From Raja brachyura (Eukaryota), in assembly GCA_963514005.1 (NCBI GenBank), contig OY740805.1:36766001-36830000 (forward strand): DNA of 64,000 nucleotides, read 5' to 3'. Shown piece after piece: positions 1-11,400 of the stretch; positions within the stretch are counted from its first letter, which is position 1; every line of letters starts with the position of its first letter. Under the pieces are notes generated by a model that was not told the DNA's origin, did no database searches, and saw only the letters and a program-made list of their open reading frames with translations. The position numbers and the translations under genes were made by a program.

Positions 1-1069
1 AATTAACCTACAAACGTGTACGTTGTTGGAGTGTGTGAGGAAACCGAAGTTCTCGGAGTAAACCCACGCAGGTCACTGGGAAAACGTACAAGTGCGCGGG
101 GATCGCTGGTTGGCGCGGGTCCGCTGGGCCGAAGGGCCTGTGTCCGCGCTGTATCTCTAAACTAAATCTTAGTTTGCCTTCAACGATGACTAAGTAGTAA
201 ATTAATCACGTCTTGTGTTCAGTTTAGTTTGAGTTTAGAGATACAGCGCGGAAACGCGCCCTTTGGCCCACCGGGTCTTCGCCGACCAGCGATCCCCTCA
301 CACATTAACACTGTCCTACGCATGGGAAAAACACAGAAACGTAGAAAAATAAGTGCAGGAGTAGGCCACTCGGCCCTTCGAGCAAGCACCGGCATTCAAT
401 ATGATCATGCACACCAGGGACAATTTACACATACAACCAGCCAATTAACCTACACACCTGTACATCTTTGTAGTGTGGGAGGAAACAGAAGATCTCGAGG
501 AAAACTACACGCGATCACGGGGAGAACGTGTCTTTGTTGGTGTAAATTGCCGTAAAGGGGAAAGGAAATCAGAACTCGGTGCCAAATACTCGGTGTGATA
601 CATTTCCAAAACTTTATTGACGTATTGAATGTTTAAACCACAGGTAACACTGAATTGTTGATGTTTAAGAACCATACTTATATCATAATATCTCTCCCTC
701 CTTCAAAATCCCGCAAACAAATAGCATAGGCAATATTTCCATCGATATTTACACGAATGGTCATTTGTTAGTAAATTTCATTGAATGCAATGGCGCTCGT
801 GTCTTATGAAAATAAAAGTCTTCCAGAAATAAGTATTAGATTGTACCAAAGTTGTTGGAATTAATTAGAAACATAGAAAATAGGTGCAGGAGTAGGCCCT
901 TCGGCCCTTTATACTGCATTTATGCTGCATGTATACCCGACATTTTACTGCATCTTCCATGCATCTGCCACTCACCCAACCGATCTAAGTCACCTTGCAG
1001 CCTCATAGCATCCTCCTAGCAGCTCACACTGCCACCCGGCTTTGTGTCATCCGCAAACTTGGAAATGTT

Positions 1070-1698
1070 ACATTTCATAGAATCATAGAAAATAGATGCA
1101 GGAGTAGGCCATTCGGCCCTTCGAACCTGCACCGCCATTCAATATGATCATGGCTGATCATCCAACTCAGTATCCTGTACCTGCCTTCTCTCCATACCCC
1201 CTGATCCCTTTAGCCACAAGGGCCACATCTAACTCCCTCTTAAATATAGCCAATGAACTGGCCTCAACTACCTTCTGTGGCAGAGAATTCCACAGACTCA
1301 CCACTCTCTGTGTGAAAAATGATATTCTCATCTCGGTCCTAAAATACACCCCTTATCCTTAAACTGTGACCGCTTGTTCCCAACAGCGGGAACAATCTTC
1401 CTGCAGCTAGCCTGTCCAACCCCTTAAGAATTTTGTACGTTTCTGTATGATCCCCCCTCAATCTCCTAAATTTCAGCGAATACAAGCCGAGCCTATCCAG
1501 CCTTTCTTCAGATGGAAGTCCTGCCATCCCAGGAATCAGTCTGGTGAACTTTCTCTGTACTCCCTCTCTGGCAAGAATGTCTTTCCTCAGATTAGGAGAC
1601 CAAAACTGTACGCAATACTCCAGGTGTGGCCTCACCAAGACCCTGTACAACTGCAGTAGAACCTCCCTGATCTGGAACTCAAATTCTTTTGCTATGAA
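1070..1698 (-). mobile_element. CR1-type LINE 3' fragment
   Basis: [19 protein letters not shown]...RLRGD...[14 protein letters not shown]. Confidence 0.9.
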
Positions 1699-2015
1699 TT
1701 TATTGGGTGGGTGCATGGAACAAGCCACCGGGTTCGATCCTGAAAACGGGTGCTGTCTGCACGGAGTTTTTAGATTCTCCCCGTAACCGCGTGGATTTTC
1801 CCCGGGTGCTCCGGTTTCCTCCCACACTCCAAAGACGTTCGGTTTCGTGGTCTAATTTGGCTTCGGCAAAAATGGTAAATTGTCCCTAATGTGTGAAGAA
1901 TAGTGCTAGTAGCGCTGGTCGGCGCGGACTCGCGGAGCCGAAGGGCCTGTTTCCGCGTTACTAAAATAAACTAAGAGAGCGCCGCCGCCTAGTACAATCC
2001 TCTCATTCCCAATGT

Positions 2016-2465
2016 TCAGTGATGACGAACTGGCGGACGCTGAGCATTTACGGTTGCGTACACAACCTGTTGTTCCTTTCTTCTGGGATTCTTCTTCTGC
2101 TTGCTCGATGCTGGGTTTTCCGTCGGAGCCGGATGTCTCAAGGCGGAGTAGACGACCGGGTCTTCCCTTCCACCTGCCGCCGAAGCTCGATTCTCCATCG
2201 GAGCCGGATGTCTCAAGGCGGAGTAGACGACCGGGTCTTCCCTTCCACCTGCTGCCGAAGCTGGATTATCCGTCGGAGCGGGATGTTTCAAGGCGGAGTA
2301 CACGACCGAGTCTTCATATCCACCTGCCGCCGACAGGGGTCTGGCTCCGCCGGGGTCTTTGACCCGAGCCCCATTCTCTCTGGCACCGTGACCCGAACGG
2401 TGATTCCTGGTCGACTTTTTGATGTTCAGGTCAGCATATATGATATTTGTCGATGTGTCATTTTC
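2016..2465 (-). CDS. Gene A terminal cytoplasmic exon with five ITIMs
   Basis: Acceptor tctgttgcattccag|GAAAATGAC (phase 0). Encodes IIYADL, VVYSAL x3 and VVYATV, all matching I/V/L/S-x-Y-x-x-L/V. Confidence 0.88.
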   Translation of the reverse strand, partial: ENDTSTNIIYADLNIKKSTRNHRSGHGARENGARVKDPGGARPLSAAGGYEDSVVYSALKHPAPTDNPASAAGGREDPVVYSALRHPAPMENRASAAGGREDPVVYSALRHPAPTENPASSKQKKNPRRKEQQVVYATVNAQRPPVRHH

Positions 2466-5400
2466 CTGGAATGCAACAGAGTAGTCGTTACAATATTTGA
2501 AACTCAAACTAGATTGGAAATTGTCCAGCACTTCGTCCCTCTCCTAAAGTCCAAAGATCGTAACGGGTCCGTAGGAGGCCGTAGACATATCGTAAACCAG
2601 CAGTAGGTACTCGAGGCATCCTCCCGACTATTTATTTACTCGTGGACATTTTTTTCTCACGCAGGAAAAAACGTCCTGACGCCCCGAGTACCCACGGCTG
2701 GCATAACGAGGCGCTGCGATATATCTACGGACTCCTGCGGCCTCCTACGGACCCGTTACGAACATACTGCGAGTTTGAATCAAGGGGAAATCTCGGGAGA
2801 ATTGCAACTCAGGTGAATTCGTAGGAATTACCTCATAAAGTGGGGCAGGCCCTTAAGATTCTGGATTATTTGTTGCAAGACATACGAGGATGTTGCCAGG
2901 TCTAGAGGGTGTGAGCTATAGGGAGAGGTTCAGCAGGCTGGGTCTCTATTCCTTTGCGCGCAGGAGGATGAGGGGAGATCTTATAGAGGTATACAAAATC
3001 ATGAGAGGAATAGATCGGGAAGATGCACGGATTCTCTTGCCCAGAGGAGGGGAACCGAGGACCAGAGGACGTTTGTTCAAGGTGAAGGGGAAAATACTTA
3101 ATAGGAAATTGAGGAGTAAAGGACCTCGAGGTTAATGAGCCATTAGGAGGTAGTGGCCATAACATGGTCTGGTTTTATCTACAATCAGGGAGGGAAAAGG
3201 GTAGATCGGGGGTGTCAGTGTTGCAGTTGAATAAAGGCTATGGGGTCATGAGGGAGGAGCTGGCCAAAGTTCACTGGAAAGATACACTAGCAGGAATGAC
3301 AGTAGAACAAAAATGGCAGGTGTTACTGTGAATAATACAGAAGGTGCAGGATCAGTTCATTCCTAGGAGGAAGAAAGATTCCAAGCGGAGAAAGGGACGA
3401 ACATGGCTGACAAGGGACGTCTGGTACAGTATAAAAATTAAGCGAAGAAGTACAACGTAGCAAAGATGAGCGGGAAGCAAGAGGATTGGGTAATGTAAAA
3501 GAACAACAGAAGGTAACCATTAAGACAATACGGGGAGAAAAGATGAGGTACGAAGGTAAGCTAGCCAAGAATATAAAGCAGGATAATAAAACCTTCTTTA
3601 GGTGTGTGAAGAGGAACAAATTACTTAAGACCAAAGTTGGACCCGTGAAGACAGAAAAAGGTGAATTGATTATGGGGACCAAGGAAATGGTAGATGTGTT
3701 GAACAGTAACTTTGGATCTGACTTCACTAAGGAGGACACACACAATCTTCCTGATATAGTAGTGGCTAGAGGATCTGGGGTGACGGAGGAACTGAAGGAA
3801 ATCCACATTAGGCAGGAAATGGTGTTGGATAGACAGATGGGACTGGAGGCTGATAAATCCCCAGGGCCTGATGGTCTGCATCCCAGGGTACATATGGATG
3901 TGGCTCAAGAAATCGTGGATGCATTGGTCATAGTTTTCCAATGTTCTATAGACTCAGGATCAGTTCATGTGCATTGGAGAATAGCTAATGTTATCCCACT
4001 TGTTAAGAAAGGCGGGAGAGAAAACAGGGATTTATAGACCAGTTAGCCTGACATCGGTGGTGGGGAAGATGCTGGAGTCAATCATAAAAGATGAGATAGC
4101 CGAACATTTGTATAGCAGTAACAGGATCGGTCCGAGTCAGCATGGATTTACGAAGGGGAAATCATGCTTGACTAAACTTTTAAAGACGTAACTAGGAAAA
4201 TGGACAAGGGTGAGCCAGTGGATGTAGTGTACCTGGACTTTCAGATCGCATTTGATAAGGTCCCACATAGAAGATTATTGGGCAAAATTAGGGCACATGG
4301 TATTGGGGGTAGAGTGCTGAAATGGATAGTGAAGTGGTTGGCAGACAGGAAACAAGGAGTAGGGATTAACGGGTCCCTTTCAGAATGGCAGGCGGTGACT
4401 ATTGGGTTACCGCAAGGCTCGGTGCTGCAACCGCAGCTATTTACAATATACATCAATGAGTGGATGAAGGGATTCAAAGTAACATTAGCACATTTACAGT
4501 TGACATAAAGCTCGGTGGCAGTGTGAAGTGTGAGGAGGATGCTATGAGAGTGCAGGGTGACTTGGACAGTTTGAGGGAGTGGGCAGATGCATGGCATATG
4601 ACATTTATTCGGATGAATGTGAGATTATCCGCTTTGGTAGCAAAAACAGGAAGGCAGATTACAATCTAAATGGCATCCCGTTGGGAAAAGGGGAAGTACA
4701 ACGGGATCTGCTGGTCCTTGTACATCAGTCTATGAAAGTAATCATGCAGGCACAGCAGGCAGTGAAGAAAGCGAATGGCATGTTGGACTTTATAACGAGA
4801 GGAATCGAATATAGGAGCAAATAGGTAATTCTGCAGTTGTACAGAGCCCTAGTGAGACCACACCTGGAGTATTGTGTGCAGTTCTGGTCCCCTAATTTGA
4901 GAAAGGTCATTCTTGCTTTTGAGGGAGTGGAGCGTAGGTTTACAAGGTTAATTCCCGGGATGGCGGGACTGTCATATGCTGAGAGAATGGAGCAGCTGGG
5001 CATGTACACTCTGGAGTTTAGAAGGATGAGAGGGGATCTCATTGAAACATATAAGATTGTTAAGGCTTTGGACACACTAGAGGCAGGAAACATGTTCCCG
5101 ATGTTGGGGGAGTCCAGAACCAGGGGCCACACAGTTTAAGAATAAGGGTAAGCAATTTAGAACGGTGACGAGGAAATACTTTTTCACACTGAGAGTTGTG
5201 GAATTCTCTGCCTCAGAGGGTGGTGGGGGGCCGGTTCTCTGGATACTTTCAAGAGAGAGCTAGATGGGGCTCTTACAGATAGCGGAGTCAGTGGATATCG
5301 GAACAGGCAGCAAAGGGGAACTGATTGGCGATGATCAGCCACGATCAAATTGAATGGCGGTGCTTGCTTGAAGGGCCGAATGGCCTACTCCTGTACGTAT

Positions 5401-8400
5401 TGTTTATTGTCTATTGTCTATTTAATTCACAAAATGGCAAAGAACTAATGATCAAGTCAGAGGAAACATTTAAAGTCTAATTGACTACATACCTTAGCCC
5501 CATTTTCTGTTCCGGTTCCTTTACCTGTAATATATTGTGAACAAGTTACATATTTCAAGCGGTGAAACAAAATAACTAGCAATAATAAAATTCGATTTCA
5601 TTCAATAGAGGATGTGGCCTATGAGAATATAGTTCCTTCATTAACATAACTTTACTCTTCATAAACATAACCTCGCTCGTACAAATTTATATTTTCTCTG
5701 TGACATTGTGTTTTTAACATATAGTCATACGGCACCGAAACATGCTTCCTCCCACCTTTCCCATGTCGACCAAGTTGTACCAGTTACGCCGGTCCCATTT
5801 CACGGGAGTTTCCCCCGCCAAGGTTACCATGTAATCCCGTGCTACCTCCTCCATGGTCGGGTAGTCGACGACTAAACCGTCTCCCCCACCTGGTTTGCCA
5901 GGAGAGAAGGGGGCTATGGACCCACAGCAGGACCAAACACAACACATGTCAAAGGGCGGATGAGCTTCTGGAGAGCCAACGGCCACCCACACTTCAGTAG
6001 AAGTTGCGATCATTGTCGTACATGCAATTGTNNNNNNNNNNNNNNNNNNNNNNNNNNNNNNNNNNNNNNNNNNNNNNNNNNNNNNNNNNNNNNNNNNNNN
6101 NNNNNNNNNNNNNNNNNNNNNNNNNNNNNNNNNNNNNNNNNNNNNNNNNNNNNNNNNNNNNNNNNNNNNNNNNNNNNNNNNNNNNGCGGTAGTCCCCAGG
6201 AACTGGAAGACAGAGATGTGTGGTGCGTCCGTCACTGTTCCCGTCGGAAACCAGCACCACTGCGTCGCTAATGTTTTCAACAATGTTGAATCTCACGTTT
6301 TGGCCGCATGTCTCTAAACATTTCGTTGGCACACCAACGCCTCTACTTCCTTAGAAGGCTTAGGAAGGTTGACGTGTCCCCCACACCTCTACAGGTGCAC
6401 CATAGATAGCATTTGATCAGGTTGCATCACAGCTTGGTTTGGAAACAACTCCATCAAAAACAAACGCTATTGCATTGAATTGTGCACGCAGCCCAGACCA
6501 TCAGACAAAACCAACCCCCTTCCTATTGACTCCATTTGTAACTCACGCTGCCTCGGCAAGACCAGCAGCATAATCAATGACCACTCGCACCCTGGCTCCA
6601 AGCAAGGATTTCATTGTCGTGTCTGGGACACATGACAATAAACTCTCTTGAATTAACTTGACTTGACGGAGATACAGAGATAAGGAAGTGTAAGGTATGA
6701 GAAGGTGGCGGAGGGGGGCGGAGATCAAGGGAGAGGGTACTGTTTCTCCTTCTCGTTCTCACTCCGTACATGTTCTTATCTCTGTGTCTCCCTCTCCCCT
6801 GACTCTCAGTCTGACTCAGGGTCCCGACCTGAAATCTTTCCCATTCCTTCTGTCCAGAGATGCTGCCTGTCCCGCTGAGTTACTCCAGCATTTTGGGTCG
6901 AAACCACATTCTGCAGTTCGTTCCCACACATTGAGATAATAAATTTGTGTTTGCTGCAAATTTAATAATCCGCTGTGTCATGTGTCGTCCCTCCCTCCAC
7001 ATTCGGAACTTGTTCCTCCTCGTATTCCCTTCTCAGAAGCTTCCTCGAGTACTTTTTGGGACTAATAAATAACCATATAACAATTACAGCACGGAAACAG
7101 GCCTTCTCGGCCCTTCCAGTCCGTGCCGAATATTTATTTTCCCCTAGTCCCATCTACCTGCACTCAGACCATACCCCTCCATTCCCTTCCCGTCCATATA
7201 CCTATTCACTTTACTTTTAAATGTTAAAATCGTTCCCGCCTCCACCACTTCTGCTGGAACATCATTCCACACAGCCACCACTCTCTGAGTAAAGAAGTTC
7301 TCCCTCATGTTACCCCTAAACTTCTGTCCCTTAAATAGACGAAGATCTTGCTAGTATTATATATGCATACACAAGATTATTTCTCGCTTCCGATTGGTGC
7401 AAAATAAACTCTACAATCTGTGCAATACATTCATTTTTTTGATGAAAACGAAAAATGCTGGAATAACAGAGAGTCAGGTAGCATCTCTGGAGCGCCGGAG
7501 CCCCCGGTTCGATCCTGACTACGGGTGCTGTCTGTACGGTGTTTGTACGTTCTCCCCGTGACCCGAGTGGGTTTTCACCGAGATATTCGGTTTCCTCCCG
7601 CACTCTAACGATCAACAGGTTTGTATGACACTTGTCTAAAAAAGAATGCTGGAGCGATCGAAGGTCGATAAAAATGCTGGAGAAACTCAGCGGGTGAGGC
7701 AGCATCTGTGGTGAGAAGGTATAGGCGAAGTTTCGGGTCGAGAGCTTTATTCAGACTGATGTCGGGGGGGGGGGTGGGTGGGGGGGGGCGGGAAAAATAA
7801 AGGAAGTAGTCGGGGAAGGGTGGGACGTGGGAGAACCGGGAAGGAGAGGGGAAGGAGGGAGAAAGCAAGGGCTGCCTAAAATTAGATAAGTCAATGTTCT
7901 TACCGCTGGGGTGTAAAGTACCCAAGCGAAATATGATGTGCTGCTCCTCCAATATCCCGTGGGCCTCACTCAGGACAGAAAGCTCAGATTAGGAATGGGA
8001 GGGGGAGTAACCGGGCGATCAGGTTGGTTAACACTGACTGGGCGGAGGTGTTCAGCGAAGCGATCGCCGAGCCTGCGCTTATGTAGATGACACTTAGAAC
8101 AGCGGATGCAGTAGATGAGGTTGGAGGAGGTGCAGTTTGGTTTGGTATAACTGCATAATTGTCCCTCGTGTACGTCGGATAGTGTTGATGTGCGGAGATC
8201 GCTGGTCCGAAGGGCCTGTTTCCGCACTGCATCTCTAAAATAAACTAAACTAACACATGGACAGGACCTTTAGAGCCCAGGAGACTTAATCCTCCTTGGA
8301 TTTCCTTCTGAGTTCTAATGCTTGCGTTCGCGTACCAAGGAAAGAGGAAATTGCTTCCATGTTATTACCTGGAGATCGACCACGGCGTCGAAGGAAAATG

Positions 8401-11400
8401 ATGAGAATCAGTACCATCCCGAGCAACGCTAAGCCCAAAAGTGCATATACAAGCGGAAGAATATAATCTTGATTAGAATGCGATTCATTGCCGCCCCGAT
8501 CAGACCCTGTTGGGAAATAAAAGTACAGTAAAAAAAATACAGCAACATGTGGCTGTGCAGGCCAAGTCAATTTATATAATTTTAAGGCGGAGATTGATAG
8601 ATTAATTATTAGTACGGGTGTCGGGTTTTATGGAGAGAAGGCACTAGATTGGGTTTTTTTTAGTTCAGATATAATTTGGAGATACAGCGCGGAAACAGGC
8701 CCTTCGGCCCACCGAATCCGCACCGATCAGCGATCCCCATACATTAACACTACTCTACACACTCAAGGGACAATTTACTTTTATACCAAGCAATTAACCT
8801 ACAAACCTGTACGTCTCTGGAGTGTTACAGCCCAGCGGTATGAATACTGACTTCTCTAATTCCAAGTAACTCTTGCATCCCCGCTCTCTCCGTCGCTCCC
8901 CACCCTAGTCCTCCCACGTTTCACTGCCCCTCTTGATTAATTTTACTGATGGCATGCCCTCTTGTCACCTTCCCCTCAGCCAACATCATCGGCCTGGTTA
9001 TCGTCTGCTTTGATCTGTCGTTCTCACATCTCACATGCTCATTGTACCAGAGACAATACACAATAGACAATCGGTGCAGGAAAGGTGCCATTCGGCCCTT
9101 CGAGACAACACCGCCCTTCAATGTGATCGTGGGTGATCATCCCCAATCAGTACCCCGTTCCTGCCTTCTCCCCATATCCCCTGACTCCACTATCCTTAAG
9201 AGCCCGATCAGCTCTCTCTTGAAAGTATCCAGAGAACCCGCCTCCACCGCCCTTTGAGGCAGAGAATTCCACAGACTCACAAATCTCTGGGTGAAAAAGT
9301 GTTTCCTGGTCTCCGTTCTAAATGGCTTACCCCTTATTCTTAAACTGTGCCCCCTGGTTCTGGACTCCCCCAACATCGGGAACATGTTTTCTGCCTCCAG
9401 CGTGTCCAAACCCTTAATAATCTTTAAATAAGATTCCCTCTCATCATTCCAAACTCCAGAGTATACAACCCCAGCCGCTACATTCTCTCAGCATATGGCA
9501 GTCCCATCATACCAGGAGTTAACCTTGTAAACCAAGGTTGCACTCCATCAATAGCACGAATGCCCGTCCTCAAATTAGGGGACCAAACTGCACACAATAC
9601 TCCAGGTTTGGTCTCACTAGGGCCTTCCATATCCCTCTCTCCTGACTCTCAGTCTGAAGAAGGATCCCTTCTTCACAGACAACCCGAGACGTCGCCTGTT
9701 CATTTCCCCCAGAGATGCTGCCTGACCCGCGGAGTTACTCTAGCATTTTGTGTCCATCCAAAGGCAAGTGGAGATAGACACAAAAAGTTTCTTCGGACTG
9801 AGAATCAGGGGAGAGGGAGACAAGAGGTATGGGAGGGTACAAAGAGCATGTGAGGTGTGAAATTGACAGATCAAAGCAGACGATTATCAAGATGATGAAT
9901 GGGTCCCCACCCGAAACGTCACCCATTCCTTCTCTCCAGAGATCCCGCCTGTCCCCCTGAGTTGCTCCTGCTATCTTCTGTGTAAACCAGCATCTGGAGT
10001 TCATCACATTTACCCATCTCCAACGCTTTCCGCCTTCCGCAGAGACCGTCCCCTCCGCAACTCCCTGGTTAACATCCCTTCCCAACAAACCACCCCCTCC
10101 CCAGGTACCTTCCCCTGCAACCGCACAAGATGCAACACCTGTCGCTACACCTCCTCCCTCGACTCTGTGCAGGCACCCGGACAGTCCTTTCGGGTAAGGC
10201 ATAGGTTCACTTGCACCTCCTCTAACCTCATCTACGGTAACAGGCGAGACCTAACACAGACTTGGCGATCGTTTCGCTGAGCACCTACGCACAGACCGCC
10301 TGAACCAACCTGATCTCCTGGTTGCTAAACAATTTAATTATTCTGTTAAAGAAGGAACTGCAGATGCTGGAGAATCGAGGGTTACACAAAAAGCTGGAGA
10401 AACTCAGCGGGTGCAGCAGCATCTAAGGAGCGAAGGAGATAGGCGACGTTTCGGGTCGAGACCCTTCTTCAGACTGGTCAGGGATCAGGGAAACAAGAGA
10501 TATAAACAGTGATGTGGAGAGATAAGGAACAACGAGTGAAAGATATGCAAAAAAGTATTGGTGATAAAGGAAGCAGGCCATTGTAAGCTGTTTGTGGTGT
10601 CAAAATGAGAAGCTAGTGCGACTGGGGGGGGGGGGGGGGGGGGAGATGGAGAAGGAATGTCAGGGCCAGAGGGTTGAGGGAGAGGTGGGGGGGGGGGGGG
10701 GGGAGGCAGTCTGGGTTAACAGAATTGAGAAAATTCAATGTTTAAGCCCAGAGGATGCAGACTCCCCAAGCAGAATTTAATTATTCTTCCGATTCGCACA
10801 GAGAACATTTTGTCCTAGGTCTCCTCCATTGTCCGAGTGATGATAAATGCATATTGGAGGAACAGCATCTCACATTTCGCTGGTGCAGATTACACCCCAG
10901 TGGTATGAATATTAATTTATCTCACTTCAGGTAGCCCCGACATTCCCTCTCTCTCTATCCATCCACCAACCACGTCGCACCAGCTTCTCGTTTTCACCCA
11001 ACAGACAGCTAACAATGGCTTGTTTCCTTTATCATGGTTACTTTTTTTTGCATATCTTTCATTCGTTTTATCTCAACATCATCGCCTATATCCCTCGTTT
11101 CCTTTATCCCTAACCAATCTGAAGAAGGGTCTCGACCCGAAACGTCACACATTCCTTCTCTCCAGAGATGTTGTCTGGTCCGCTGAGTTACTCCAGTGTT
11201 TAGTGTCTATCCTCAGTTCTTTCCTGCACACGAATGCAAATGAAGTCGGATTAAGAATGTTTTTTAGAACAGTAAAGATAACGTTAAGGTACTGCAAACT
11301 TACATGTGACTGTGACATCTGTGCTGTCCGCCAAGTTAGGTGTGACTGTGACATGTGTGGTGTCCGCCAACTTAGGTGTGACTGTGACTTCTGTGCCGTG

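Larger units (their letters stand above)
10005..11210 (+). mobile_element. Penelope-like fragments interrupted by an inverted LTR-like copy
   Basis: [23 protein letters not shown] and [10 protein letters not shown] coding remnants; CTGAAGAAGGGTCTCGACCCGAAACGTC termini. Confidence 0.7.

Noticed and set aside
613-618. AATAAA (minus strand) as gene A polyadenylation signal
   Set aside because: Plausible at about 1.4 kb past the stop, but another candidate exists near 1699 and there is no supporting evidence.
2019-2606. 195-aa plus-strand ORF with repeats
   Set aside because: Antisense shadow of the ITIM exon; no recognisable motifs or splice context.
5714-6332. ORFs spanning the N run
   Set aside because: Length is inflated by undetermined bases; no recognisable homology.
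6962-7153. Additional cytoplasmic exon ([11 protein letters not shown]...DY*)
   Set aside because: The only nearby AG comes from a LINE tail and gives phase 2 for this frame, incompatible with the phase-1 TM donor. Exon 5493-5524 already bridges the phases.
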